Below are positions 19,094-28,758 of a stretch of DNA of 64,000 nt, piece after piece. Source of the stretch: Rhodothermales bacterium (lineage in GTDB: Bacteria; Bacteroidota; Rhodothermia; Rhodothermales; JABDKH01); the NCBI GenBank assembly GCA_963768565.1, contig CAVYIO010000031.1, positions 29,494-93,493 on the forward strand, read 5' to 3'. How positions within the stretch are numbered: position 1 is the first letter of the stretch; every line of letters begins with the position of its first letter. The notes under the pieces were generated by a model that did no database searches, had not been told where the DNA came from, and saw nothing but the letters and a program-made list of their open reading frames with translations. The position numbers and the translations under genes were made by a program.

Positions 19094-19598
19094 TGATTCC
19101 GGTGAAGGTTGTTCGTCGAACGCTATCTAAAACATGAAATGGCGATTCGCAACATCCGCTTGTTATTGGGGTCGGTGGAGGACATCCAAAGTTGCACTTC
19201 GACAGTCTCGGATTGCAACCGGACGGCGTCTTTATAGCGGGCGCCGTGGCATTCTGCCACGAATGGTTCGCACGGAAGCGCGAAGCAACACAATTTGATC
19301 TGGTTCGCGGCGATCTCGGCTGTGGCTGCCCGTCAGAGGGGTCATCATGGCCGAATTCGACGTGATCCCGCCGAGATACGGGCTCTATCGCGTTGCTGGA
19401 CAGTCACCTACGGTCTGGATACCGTTTGGACCGGTCTGCGGGCAGAAATCAGCCTCGTGAGGTGTCACACGGCCCGGATATTTACGTCGACACTCGTTCG
19501 GGACTGAAACGGCGCGGCCTCTACCGTGTATCACCCTTCCCATCTGCGTGTTTGCACGTGCGGCCACGTACATCTCCCCTCGACTCAGGAAAGAAACT

Positions 19599-20808
19599 AT
19601 GCGATACTTGATACTGCTCTGCTCTTTGTGCCTGACGGTCGTTGTTCAGGCCCAGGACACACCCGTCGCAAGGGACGACTTCTTCAACACCGACGCCGAC
19701 AGTACGCTTACTGTCGAGGCTCCGGGCGTACTCGAGAATGACTCCAGTGACGTCGAAATCGAAGCGGTGGTAACTACGCCTCCGCCAAACGGAACGCTGT
19801 CGCTTTCTCGCGACGGCTCTTTCGAGTACACGCCGAAGCCGGGCTTCTCCGGCACCGACCTCTTCAGCTATGTTGCGGAAACGAAAGATGTGCCGGAGCA
19901 ATTCGTGATCGATCCGCTGCAGTCGGGGGCGAGACTTTCCGCGATGCTGAGTACAGACTTTGGTGACAGATCAGATAGCGATACGTCCGCCGTGTCGGGG
20001 ACACTCACCGCGGAGGTCATATCGAATACAGAGCCGTTCACAGAAATCCACGTGACGGCGATGAACCTGGTCATATCCGATGCTCTGAGTCTGACGTTCG
20101 ACTATACGATCATCGGATCGATCGTTGTGACGACCGAGGCCGACTCGTTGTCCGTCGGACTCGCCACGCCCGGTTTGCCGGCCGCTGTTTCCAATGGGTC
20201 GTTCAGTCAGGATTCCAACCAGGTGAATCTGAAGGGTACGCTCAACATTGCGCCTACCGGTCTTCTGGCCAATGCCGTCGATGCCGGTCCGCAGACGCTC
20301 GATGTCGTCCGTACCTGCGGCCATAGGCGGATCCATCACGCAGAACGGGTCAGAGCTTCGTCTTGCGTTTCCGCTGCTGGCGGAGGGTACGTTCGAGGTA
20401 GCGGGGAACACGGTGGCCGTTTCGCTGGCGGGTGAAGTCGTGGCCACCGGGCCTGTGGTGGCGCCAAAGGTCTCAAACGTGGCCACGGTGGGAGTCATCG
20501 TTGCACCGTCCGGTGTCGGCAATGAGGATCCAGGCAACACCGCACGCGAATTTGCGCTCGGACAGAATTACCCCAATCCGGTCGATCAGTCTACGGCCAT
20601 TAGCTGGCAGCTTCCGGCGGCTTCGGATGTCTCCATCTCGCTGTTCGACGCACTCGGACGCGAAGTCATGACGATTGTCGATGGCGTTCATTCCGCCGGC
20701 ATACATCGGGCCGATCTCGATGTGTCAGTCTTGCCGGTAGGTCTTTATGTGTATCGCCTCCGGGCGGGTTCTAACACGGACATGAAGAAGTTGATCATAG
20801 TTCGGTAG
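19599..20808 (+). CDS. Secreted Ig/cadherin-like repeat protein with a T9SS C-terminal sorting domain; frame broken once (track ORFs 19548..20435 and 20248..20808)
   Basis: Signal peptide MRYLILLCSLCLTVVVQAQ. Adhesin-type module ARDDFFNTDADSTLTV..VLENDS...NGTLSLSRDGSFEYTPKPGFSGTDLFSY. C-terminus LGQNYPNPVDQSTAISW...GLYVYRLRAG...KKLIIVR is a T9SS CTD. The frames join at about 20308-20311 (..QTLDVV / VPAAIGGS..). Confidence 0.75.
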
Positions 20809-20885
20809 CCGGCGGGTACGCAGAGTCGTCACGGCTCGGACAGCGTTCGACGATCACATCGCGACCTGAGACCTGGAGGCCTGAC

Positions 20886-21296
20886 ATGTCCTCCCCGGAA
20901 GATATTCTGACCGAAGGATGCGCAATTCTTGAGCCTGCGTTGCTGCAACATGGATTCGAGTACGTGCCGGGAGTATCGGCAAAAGGCAGCGGGGGCCGTT
21001 TCGCACGTGGACGCTTCGTCCGTGGCAACCGACATCTAGATCTGCACGTTCGGCGTGCGCTCGGCATTGTCGAATACCACGTGAGCGAGCAATCCCTGTC
21101 ACATGAATGGTATATGCTTGCCGCTACGGGTCGTCGGGGTGCTTATCCCGGCTACTCATCCGACCCGATCGACGGCTTTCGACATCTTGTTACTGATCTG
21201 GAGGCGTACGGACAGGTCTTCCTGTCGGGAACCGACGAGCAATTCGCGGGCCTCTGTGAGCGCGCAAAGTCCGCCGACGGCAAAAACGAAACGTAG
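20886..21296 (+). CDS. Hypothetical protein
   Basis: 136-aa ORF with plausible composition. No family recognised. Confidence 0.4.
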   Translation: MSSPEDILTEGCAILEPALLQHGFEYVPGVSAKGSGGRFARGRFVRGNRHLDLHVRRALGIVEYHVSEQSLSHEWYMLAATGRRGAYPGYSSDPIDGFRHLVTDLEAYGQVFLSGTDEQFAGLCERAKSADGKNET

Positions 21297-21359
21297 GCTG
21301 ATCTCTCTACGTAGGCTCCCGGACATCGATCCGTTTCTCACGACAACGAGTGCACGAAC

Positions 21360-22226
21360 ATGCCAATGAAGAGCGACTCGCTGAAGACAGTCTGGGAGCG
21401 CATTCCGTTGGTCGTTCGAGCCGTCGTCATCGGATTCCTCGTCTTCGCGATTGCGGGCTCGCTCGTTTGGACCGCCCTTTTGAGTTTTCTGCCGCCGCCA
21501 TGGCCATTCCTCGCGATGGCCGCCGTACTTGTCGTGTACGTGCAGTACTTACGCGGACGTTGGTGGCCAGGCTCGACGGTGGAGTTCAAGCGTACGAACT
21601 TCCGCGCCACACGTATGCCGGTGCGCGTCTGGATCTGGAGCCTGCTCGCAGCCGTGTTTCTCGTTTTGATCATCCAGTCCAGTTTGGTGGTGACATTTCG
21701 AATTGTGGAGTTCCCGGCTGAGGCCTGGTCTCTCGGCTTCGACTTTGGCGGCACTGCGGCCTGGGTTGCCTGGTCTTTTGTGGTGGTTGCTGCCGCGACT
21801 GCCGCCATCACCGAAGAGGTGGGCTTTCGAGGCTACATGCAGGTTCCTCTCGAGAATCGGTATGGACCCGGAGCCGCCATCACCATCGTCTCCGTCGTTT
21901 TTCTCGTCTCACACCTTCATCAGGCCTGGGCGCCACTCGTGCTCATTCACGTCTTCGGAGCGAGTGTGCTGTGGGGAATCCTCGCGCGCGTATCCGGCTC
22001 GCTGATTCCTGGCATCATCAGTCATACGCTCGTCGACGTGGTCAACTTCTCATACTGGTGGACGGACCTCGCGGGTCGGTTTGAAATGGAGACGATCGAA
22101 CGAACCGGAGTCGACCGTCATTTTGTTCTGTGGGTGCTGATCCTTTTGTTGTCATTCATCGCATTCTGGCGGGCTTCGATTCGCACGCGCGAGGCCGGCC
22201 AGAGGTCGAACAACGGGATCGACTGA
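21360..22226 (+). CDS. CPBP-family intramembrane glutamic endopeptidase (CAAX protease/Abi)
   Basis: Multi-pass membrane protein with the EEVGFRGY motif and downstream His motifs (FLVSHL, ISHTLVD). Confidence 0.8.
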   Translation: MPMKSDSLKTVWERIPLVVRAVVIGFLVFAIAGSLVWTALLSFLPPPWPFLAMAAVLVVYVQYLRGRWWPGSTVEFKRTNFRATRMPVRVWIWSLLAAVFLVLIIQSSLVVTFRIVEFPAEAWSLGFDFGGTAAWVAWSFVVVAAATAAITEEVGFRGYMQVPLENRYGPGAAITIVSVVFLVSHLHQAWAPLVLIHVFGASVLWGILARVSGSLIPGIISHTLVDVVNFSYWWTDLAGRFEMETIERTGVDRHFVLWVLILLLSFIAFWRASIRTREAGQRSNNGID

Positions 22227-22268
22227 ACAAGTTCCAGTGCTCTCACCTCGACATGACAGGTCGTACGG

Positions 22269-23132
22269 ATGATCTACTCGAAGATCATGGTTGTCACCGC
22301 ACAGGTTGCTCTCGGAGCCTGTGTTCTGTGCATGATGGCCCGGCTGGTTCAGGCGCAAACTGTGGAGCCGTCGTACTTCCCCTACAGCCCCGGGGACTCT
22401 GCAGTATTCAACATCTCATATCCGGTTTTCACACACTCGGTATGGGTCGGCGGAGAATTCAATAGTGGCGAGCATCACTACGTCATCGTAGAGGGAATAC
22501 AGGGTCGAAGGCGCCCGGACACACTGAGAGTTTCCGATGATCAGGTTATCCGGATTGAGAACGGGACCGAGTATGTCCTGTACGATTTCTCTTTACCGGA
22601 CAGTTCCGTGTACCACGTCAAAGAAGGGGCGTGGCCGGGTGTCGACACATTTCGAGTGACCATCGAACGACGTTCTCAGGAAGACGTACCGGCCGGCACT
22701 TTCGATGATTGTGTCAGATTGCACTTCGACATTCCGCAGTACGTCGACGATGAATGGACCTACTCGTTTTGTCGCGGCATCGGACTCGTGTGGCACGGCG
22801 GCGCGTGGGGGGGAGGTACGCTGGCATGGGCGTCCATCGGTGGCGTTGTGATCACGTCGAACGAGAACGTCCGCTGGCAGAATCAAGAGCCGCAGCTGTA
22901 TCCCAATCCGGCCTCAGAGGTGGTTACAATTCTTTTCCCGGGGCGCCGGGAATCGAGCCGACATGTCAGGGTGTTCGATCTGCTGGGAAGGCAGGTTGCG
23001 GGTTATTCAATCGCTGCAAGAGACGAATCGACTGTTGACGTCGACGTGACCGGTTTGTCGCCCGGCGTCTATGTCGCCAGAATGGAGGACGCGAAGACCG
23101 CGTTCTCCAGGATGTTTATTGTGGTCAGATAG
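22269..23132 (+). CDS. Secreted protein with a T9SS C-terminal sorting domain
   Basis: Signal peptide. C-terminus QLYPNPASEVVTILF...VFDLLGRQV...GVYVARMED...FIVVR. Confidence 0.75.
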   Translation: MIYSKIMVVTAQVALGACVLCMMARLVQAQTVEPSYFPYSPGDSAVFNISYPVFTHSVWVGGEFNSGEHHYVIVEGIQGRRRPDTLRVSDDQVIRIENGTEYVLYDFSLPDSSVYHVKEGAWPGVDTFRVTIERRSQEDVPAGTFDDCVRLHFDIPQYVDDEWTYSFCRGIGLVWHGGAWGGGTLAWASIGGVVITSNENVRWQNQEPQLYPNPASEVVTILFPGRRESSRHVRVFDLLGRQVAGYSIAARDESTVDVDVTGLSPGVYVARMEDAKTAFSRMFIVVR

Positions 23133-23215
23133 CGGGCTCTACCACAATTCGTTGTTGAAGTGCATTGTTATCTCGACATTGCGGGCGTCCAACCCATCTG
23201 CACAGGTATCGCCTG

Positions 23216-23686
23216 ATGAAAAGAAAGACACTTCTTTGTTTTGCCGCTGTCGTGCTCGGAGTTGGATTGGCTCAGCCGGCCGTCGGTCAGATCAGGGATT
23301 CCCTCCGAAGTGATTTTGGCATCGAGTTGCTTGGAAAGGCGGCCCTTTACAGCTTCTCTTACCAGCGAATGGTGTCGAAGACGATCGGGCTTGAGGTGGG
23401 ATTCGCCGCGCTTGGCGGAAGCGGAGCCTTTGCTGCTGCGTTTCCCGTCGGCGTTCGAGCATACTTCTTGCCGAAGGACGGAACGCCGTTTGCCACCGCC
23501 GGAATCGTTCCCGTTGCCGGCAGTTTCGACGATGGTCCCGCCGGAGGCGAACTGTTCGGGTATCTCGGAGTCGGCTTCGAGTACCGTGCACAGGGCGGGT
23601 TCATTTTTCGCGGAACGCTTTACGGATTGATCGTCGAAGGTGAATATCTCATCTGGCCCGGACTGCACGTCGGGTACTCCTTTTAG
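23216..23686 (+). CDS. Small secreted Gly/Ala/aromatic-rich protein, possibly an outer-membrane beta-barrel
   Basis: Internal ATG of track ORF 23165..23686 gives the signal peptide MKRKTLLCFAAVVLGVGLAQPAVGQ. Alternating hydrophobic pattern, ending in the aromatic GYSF. Confidence 0.5.
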   Translation: MKRKTLLCFAAVVLGVGLAQPAVGQIRDSLRSDFGIELLGKAALYSFSYQRMVSKTIGLEVGFAALGGSGAFAAAFPVGVRAYFLPKDGTPFATAGIVPVAGSFDDGPAGGELFGYLGVGFEYRAQGGFIFRGTLYGLIVEGEYLIWPGLHVGYSF

Positions 23687-23727
23687 GTTCGATTGTCGAG
23701 CGCGAGCCGGCACATGAAGAACTCAGA
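23659..23727 (+). repeat. Direct repeat, copy 1 (~69 bp)
   Basis: cggactgcacgtcgggtactccttttaggttcgattgtcgagcgcgagccggcacatgaagaactcaga. About 87% identical to copy 2, located 1182 bp downstream. Confidence 0.85.
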
Positions 23728-23845
23728 GACAAGGAAGGAGACAATCCACACGGCACATGAGTGCCGACATTCGAAGGCTACCGTCCTGTTCTGCGGCATG
23801 ACGCGATTTCAGGTCACGTTTGGTCGCCGCTCAGACAACACACCG

Positions 23846-24790
23846 ATGATTCGGCAGGTCAATAGCAGGGGCCGCCAGAAGACGTCTGTCCTCTTCTTCC
23901 TGTTCATGATTGCCCTGGCTTCGTGCGTCGCTGCTCAGGACAAAGGAGTTATTCCGCTCACCGTAGAACGAGACAGATCGCTCGTCACGGTCCAGGTTGG
24001 CGACGTGGTCATTCCTGACATCGTCCTTGATACCGGCTTCGCCTTCGACGGGCTGATGATCTACAATCCGGCGTATAGAGATTCTCTCGATTTAAGCGGG
24101 GCGCGGGACGTCAGGATCGGGGGCGCCGGCAGGGGCGAGGCTGCGAGGGCTTCGATGATTGATTCGGCGGCCTTTCGGCTGGGCGATATCATCATGATGA
24201 ACCAACGGCTGCTCGTGCTTCAGAGCGACACCTACAAGGGCTTCCCCTCCAACGGCATCATCGGCTATTCCATCTTCGGCCATTACGTCACGGCGTTGAA
24301 TTATGACGACAACACCATGACCTTACACACCGCTGATCACCTACACGTCGACGATGGGTGGACCGCCCTGCCTCTGTATTTCAAAGACAACAACATCCCC
24401 TGGATCGATGCCTTTGTCGTTATCGAAGACGAAGCCCCCGCGTCTCTTTCGATGTATATCGATTATGCGGCCGGCGATGCTATCGTATTGTTGGAAAGAC
24501 GCGATATGAAATTCTTCCACCCAAAAGACACGGTTAGCGTACTATTGGGAAGGGGGCTGAGCGGGGACATTCATGGGAAAACCGGCTCGATTGCGAAGCT
24601 GATCATCGGCCCGTATGCGTTGAATTCGGTGAAGGCGTCCTTTGCCCCTGCCGAAGTCCGCTCCAAACAAGACAACGCCGACGCCGTCCTCGGCCATGCG
24701 TCGCTAAGCCGGTTCAATCTGATCTTTGACTACGCCCGCAAAAAGCTCTATCTGAAGCCGAATGCTCACTTTAGCGACCCGTTCAACTGA
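23846..24790 (+). CDS. Retropepsin-like (clan AA) aspartic protease, secreted
   Basis: Internal ATG of track ORF 23693..24790 gives the signal peptide MIRQVNSRGRQKTSVLFFLFMIALASCVAAQ. Catalytic-type motif IVLDTGFAFDG. An alternative start at 23714 (MKNSE...) lies inside repeat copy 1. Confidence 0.55.
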   Translation: MIRQVNSRGRQKTSVLFFLFMIALASCVAAQDKGVIPLTVERDRSLVTVQVGDVVIPDIVLDTGFAFDGLMIYNPAYRDSLDLSGARDVRIGGAGRGEAARASMIDSAAFRLGDIIMMNQRLLVLQSDTYKGFPSNGIIGYSIFGHYVTALNYDDNTMTLHTADHLHVDDGWTALPLYFKDNNIPWIDAFVVIEDEAPASLSMYIDYAAGDAIVLLERRDMKFFHPKDTVSVLLGRGLSGDIHGKTGSIAKLIIGPYALNSVKASFAPAEVRSKQDNADAVLGHASLSRFNLIFDYARKKLYLKPNAHFSDPFN

Positions 24791-24840
24791 TCGATGCGGC
24801 GACTCGCCACTGACGGTCAGCCCTTCAGCTGCCGCGAGCT

Positions 24841-24910
24841 CGGACTGCACGTCGGCGTACTCCTTTTAGAATCGATTGTCGAGCGCACGGGGGCACATGA
24901 AGAATTCAGA
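24841..24910 (+). repeat. Direct repeat, copy 2 (~70 bp)
   Basis: cggactgcacgtcggcgtactccttttagaatcgattgtcgagcgcacgggggcacatgaagaattcaga. Contains the start (MKNSE) of the HD-domain gene. Confidence 0.85.
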
Positions 24911-25469
24911 ATTACTCGGGACGCTGCAGTTTCTCCGCGACGCGGAACGACTGAAGGATTTAACGCGAACGGCCTTCACGACCGAGGGTCGTCCAGAGAG
25001 CGTCGCTGCGCATACGTGGCGACTCTGCCTCATGTCCGTCGTACTGGAAGAGCAGTTCCCGGAGGTCGACTTTGCACGACTGGTCAAGATGTGCATTATC
25101 CACGACCTGGGAGAGGCTATCGGCGGCGATATCCCGGCAATTGAGCAGAAACCTGGAGAGGACAAGAGCGAGAAGGAGCGAGAGGATCTCCTGCAACTGC
25201 TTCAACCACTTCCGCCTCACACCCAGGTTCAAATAACGGAGTTGTGGGATGAGTACGAGGCGGCGAGCACGCCCGAGGCAAGGATCGCGAAGGCACTCGA
25301 CAAACTGGAGACGATTCTCCAGCACAACCAGGGGAAGAATCCGGATGACTTCGACTACCGCTTCAACCTGGACTACGGCAAGCAGTACACGAAGGGCGAT
25401 CCGGTGATCGAGCAGATAAGAAGCATTCTCGATCGCGAAACGGAGATGCGTGCGGACAAGTCACGCTGA
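24897..25469 (+). CDS. HD-domain phosphohydrolase (YfbR-like 5'-nucleotidase family)
   Basis: MKNSELLGTLQFLRDAERLK...ESVAAHTWRL...IIHDLGEAIGGDIP: the H...HD...D metal-binding pattern. Confidence 0.8.
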   Translation: MKNSELLGTLQFLRDAERLKDLTRTAFTTEGRPESVAAHTWRLCLMSVVLEEQFPEVDFARLVKMCIIHDLGEAIGGDIPAIEQKPGEDKSEKEREDLLQLLQPLPPHTQVQITELWDEYEAASTPEARIAKALDKLETILQHNQGKNPDDFDYRFNLDYGKQYTKGDPVIEQIRSILDRETEMRADKSR

Positions 25470-25500
25470 CGGTTGCATGTTCACGTGACCCATCAGCCGG

Positions 25501-27783
25501 TCAGATCCGAAACAGGTAGCTCACCTTCGCGAAGAAGCCATCCGCAGTTCTGGACAGTTCTCGAAACCGCCGCTCACCCGGTTCGTCCATCGTTGCCCCG
25601 TAGCCGAAATACACCAGAGTGCCGGGCGTCGGCCGGTAGCTGAACAGCCAGTCGGTGCGGAATTCGTTTGACGTGTCGCCGGTGTCGCGAACGGTCTCCA
25701 CGAATATTGCGTCGCCGTTTCTGTCGACGAGAGCTGATCGCGTTCGGGCCGTGTACTGCCCGATGAAGCGAACAAAAATGGACGGAGTGATCTGATATTC
25801 GATCTTGAGCCTCGGAATGTTCTCCGTTGAGAATCGAGAGTCGTCCCTCGCTCGCGTCAGGGTCAGCCGAACGAACTGCAGCGTCGCACGCAGAGAATTG
25901 GTCGGGCGCACGTCAACAGTTGCCCGAATGCTTCGGCGCCGCCCTGGCGCGGCCTCACGGAATATCGGCGTCTCCCCAAATCCGAAGGTTGCCGTTGCCG
26001 TCAGGTACTGGTACGTGGGCGAGGTGGCTCCCACAGATCCCGTCCACAGGTCCGTCTCCTTTGGTGGCACGGTGAAGGAAACGGGATCCATGGCCGGATC
26101 CGCTACCACGGTATAGTTCAAATAGGCATCAGGCTCAAAGCTGAAGAAACTCCTTGAGAGCGATCCGTTTAGTCGCCACCCGCCGCGCAGCGTGGCCGAG
26201 GGAAAGATGGATTCGTCACCCTCTATCGAACCGCCACTGATATCGTCGTAGCTCCACATTCGTGAGATCCCGAAGAAGGCGCCATACGTTTCTATCAACG
26301 CGTCCTTCCGACCGTAGCCCGTGAGCCGGTTGAACGCACGCGCTGCAAATGTGCCGGTTCGGTTGACGAATCCGGCGGCGGCTTCGAAATCTGGGGCAAT
26401 CGCTGTCACACTGTAGTTGAAGCCCCAGTTGCGTCCGGTTCGGTCCCAGACCGCCCGCATCAGCGGACCATTTGTCTGTACTCCACCCACATCTGTCCAC
26501 GACTGTACGGCCTGGAGTTCCGCGAAGTAGAGCCTGGAATGCACGATGCGGAGATCGGCTCCTGCCAGCCTGGAGTAGCCGCCTCCGTCCTCACGAGTTG
26601 TCAATACGCCACCAACGGTGGAGCTTCTCCCGATGTCGCTCCTCAGTCGGGCGATCGCGAACACGGGAGTGTCGTCGCCGGATTCTGAGTAGTCGCGACT
26701 CTCCGCCGCAAGAATCGTTGCGACGTTCAGGCGCCCCACCTTGCCTCCGAGCTTGAGGCCTGCCTCGGGATCAACAATTCGGCGCGTATAGATGAGTTGG
26801 CTTGGCGTGTCGAACAGCTCCAGGCCGTCGAGAAAGAACGCGCGCTTCTCCGGATAGAACAATGCGAAACGCTCGTTCAGCACCACCTGCCCGACATCGG
26901 CCTCCACCTGCGAGAAGTCGGGGTTGATGGTGCCGGTAAGCGTGGCATTCTCTCGGATCCCCCACCGGACGTCACCGCTTAATGATCCCCCGCTGGAGTA
27001 TCCCCACGACCCGTCGTCCGCCCTTTCGCCGTCGAGCCGGGCCGTCGACGAAGGGGTGATTTCCAGCACCAGCCCGCGCTTCATGTCCTGAAGTCCGCTG
27101 AGCGTGCCTGCCTGCGCAAGGAAACTCGCGTTGGCTCGTACCGCAGGCGCCCAGCTGTCCTGAAAGCCCGAATGCTGGACCCTCCTCAAAACGTGGATTC
27201 CCCAATCCTGGATAGACCCCTCCTGGTAGCGGAGGCTCTTGAACGGAATCCGAATCTCGACAACGTATCCTCCGTCAACGAGTTGGCCTTTGGAGAAGAA
27301 GTTGTAGTCGGGGTTGAGGTCGACGCTGCCATCCATGGGATTGATGTTGCCCGTGCCGCCGCCGGTTGCCGAGCTGCCGCCCGCGCCTCCACCGAACTGG
27401 TCGCTTCGCGTGCCATCGGCCTGTACACCGAGCGCGTTCACGCTGAACACGAAGGCCACTCGCCGATCGTTGTAGGTGTCGAGCAGAATCGAGACGTGAT
27501 CCTCACTCGCGATATTGTCACGGTTCGCCTGGGTGGCCCGGACAATGTCACCGTGCAGCTCGGTGGCGCGAATCCCGAAGTGGATGGCTTCCGGCGAGTA
27601 CCACACGAGGACTTCCGTCGGATCTTCGGCCGGCCTGCCATCGACGGGCTGATACTGCGAAAAGTCCGTCAGCCTTGCGGCCCGGGCCCATGCCGGCTCG
27701 TCGAGAACGCCGTCGATATCGACGCTGGCTTCAAGTCGTGGAACGACGATATTGAGTCTGCCCCGAGCGCCCACTATGGTCAC
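25501..27783 (-). CDS. CBM9-like/DUF5916 domain protein (large beta-rich, probably outer-membrane associated)
   Basis: 760 aa. N-terminus IDGVLDEPAWARAARLTDFSQYQPVDGRPAEDPTEVLVWYSPEAIHFG is typical of this family. The C-terminus ends in an aromatic residue pattern (YLFRI). A signal-peptide-like ORF (MNLSAIILGLLLVQQVPG, ATG at 27835) sits one frame off, immediately upstream. Confidence 0.7.
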   Translation of the reverse strand: MTIVGARGRLNIVVPRLEASVDIDGVLDEPAWARAARLTDFSQYQPVDGRPAEDPTEVLVWYSPEAIHFGIRATELHGDIVRATQANRDNIASEDHVSILLDTYNDRRVAFVFSVNALGVQADGTRSDQFGGGAGGSSATGGGTGNINPMDGSVDLNPDYNFFSKGQLVDGGYVVEIRIPFKSLRYQEGSIQDWGIHVLRRVQHSGFQDSWAPAVRANASFLAQAGTLSGLQDMKRGLVLEITPSSTARLDGERADDGSWGYSSGGSLSGDVRWGIRENATLTGTINPDFSQVEADVGQVVLNERFALFYPEKRAFFLDGLELFDTPSQLIYTRRIVDPEAGLKLGGKVGRLNVATILAAESRDYSESGDDTPVFAIARLRSDIGRSSTVGGVLTTREDGGGYSRLAGADLRIVHSRLYFAELQAVQSWTDVGGVQTNGPLMRAVWDRTGRNWGFNYSVTAIAPDFEAAAGFVNRTGTFAARAFNRLTGYGRKDALIETYGAFFGISRMWSYDDISGGSIEGDESIFPSATLRGGWRLNGSLSRSFFSFEPDAYLNYTVVADPAMDPVSFTVPPKETDLWTGSVGATSPTYQYLTATATFGFGETPIFREAAPGRRRSIRATVDVRPTNSLRATLQFVRLTLTRARDDSRFSTENIPRLKIEYQITPSIFVRFIGQYTARTRSALVDRNGDAIFVETVRDTGDTSNEFRTDWLFSYRPTPGTLVYFGYGATMDEPGERRFRELSRTADGFFAKVSYLFRI

Positions 27784-28191
27784 CCGGTACCTGTTGGACG
27801 AGAAGAAGGCCGAGAATAATGGCGGAGAGGTTCATCGGCACAAATTACGATGTCTGTCGCGTCGACGCACGGCCGACCACGAATCCGCCTGATGCTCCGA
27901 CCGGACGGAGCTATTCGTGCCGCTGATTCAGCCGCCGAAACCCGTCTTCTTCCCGCAGCGTAGGCCACACAAGTTGTAGCAGACGCACGACGTGAGTGGT
28001 GGAAGACGCAATAACATCCCGTGTTCGGGATTCGGCATTGTGGCTTCTACTTTACTTCGTTTTTTGTCTCAGCTAACTCTTCTTTCGCCAGGAAGGAGGA
28101 CTTGCACACCGGGTTGCTCGTCGTTCCGGTGATACCGGGTCTTGATGGATCGGGATGGTTTCGATCGAGGCCTTTACTCAGGTTGCCAATC

Positions 28192-28722
28192 ATGACTCAT
28201 ACTCTTCCAGTAACGATCCGCAATGAAGTCTCTGAAGATGCTCCGACGATCCGGATCCTGAATAGAGCTGCGTTCGAAGGAGGCGTCGAAGCGGACATCG
28301 TTGACGATATTCGCAGTAATTGTAAATCCGCGGTGTCGCTCGTCGCCGAACTCGACGGCCAAATCGTGGGACATATCCTCTTCAGTCCGGCGACGGTGGT
28401 GTCGGTCGGTGAGAACGTGGAAGGAATGGGTCTGGCGCCGATGGCCGTCGACCCCGAGTATCAAGGACGGGGAATCGGGTCAATGCTCATAGAGACCGGC
28501 CTGGAGCAACTGCGGAGGACGACTTGTCCCTTCGTCATTGTGCTTGGCCATCCGGAGTACTATCCGCGGTTCGGCTTTCGTCCGGCTTCAGGGTTTGGAC
28601 TGATCTGCCAGTGGGACGGAGTGCCTGACGAAGCGTTTATGGCTATCATCCTCGACCAGACCAGGATGAGTGGAGTCGTGGGCACGGCGAAGTACCGGAA
28701 TGAATTCGACGAAGCGATGTAA
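28192..28722 (+). CDS. GNAT-family N-acetyltransferase (YhbS-like)
   Basis: Internal ATG of track ORF 28021..28722 (MTHTLPVTIRNE...). Acetyl-CoA site LAPMAVDPEYQGRGIGSMLI and YYPRFGF. Confidence 0.8.
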   Translation: MTHTLPVTIRNEVSEDAPTIRILNRAAFEGGVEADIVDDIRSNCKSAVSLVAELDGQIVGHILFSPATVVSVGENVEGMGLAPMAVDPEYQGRGIGSMLIETGLEQLRRTTCPFVIVLGHPEYYPRFGFRPASGFGLICQWDGVPDEAFMAIILDQTRMSGVVGTAKYRNEFDEAM

Positions 28723-28758
28723 GTGACCGACGCCTCTTCCGGTGTACGGCATTCGGAC

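Noticed and set aside
17099-19130. Plus-strand ORFs (for example 17591..18571, 326 aa) inside the first SLC12-like gene
   Set aside because: They are antisense shadows of a GC-rich gene. The translations are Arg/His/Asp-rich with no family features, while the minus-strand product is a coherent 12-TM permease.
19347-19460. 37-codon ORF (MAEFDVIPPRYGLYRVAGQSPTVWIPFGPVCGQKSAS) in the 500-bp divergent region between the SLC12-like gene and the T9SS adhesin
   Set aside because: Too short, with no obvious ribosome-binding site or family resemblance. It cannot be supported from sequence alone.
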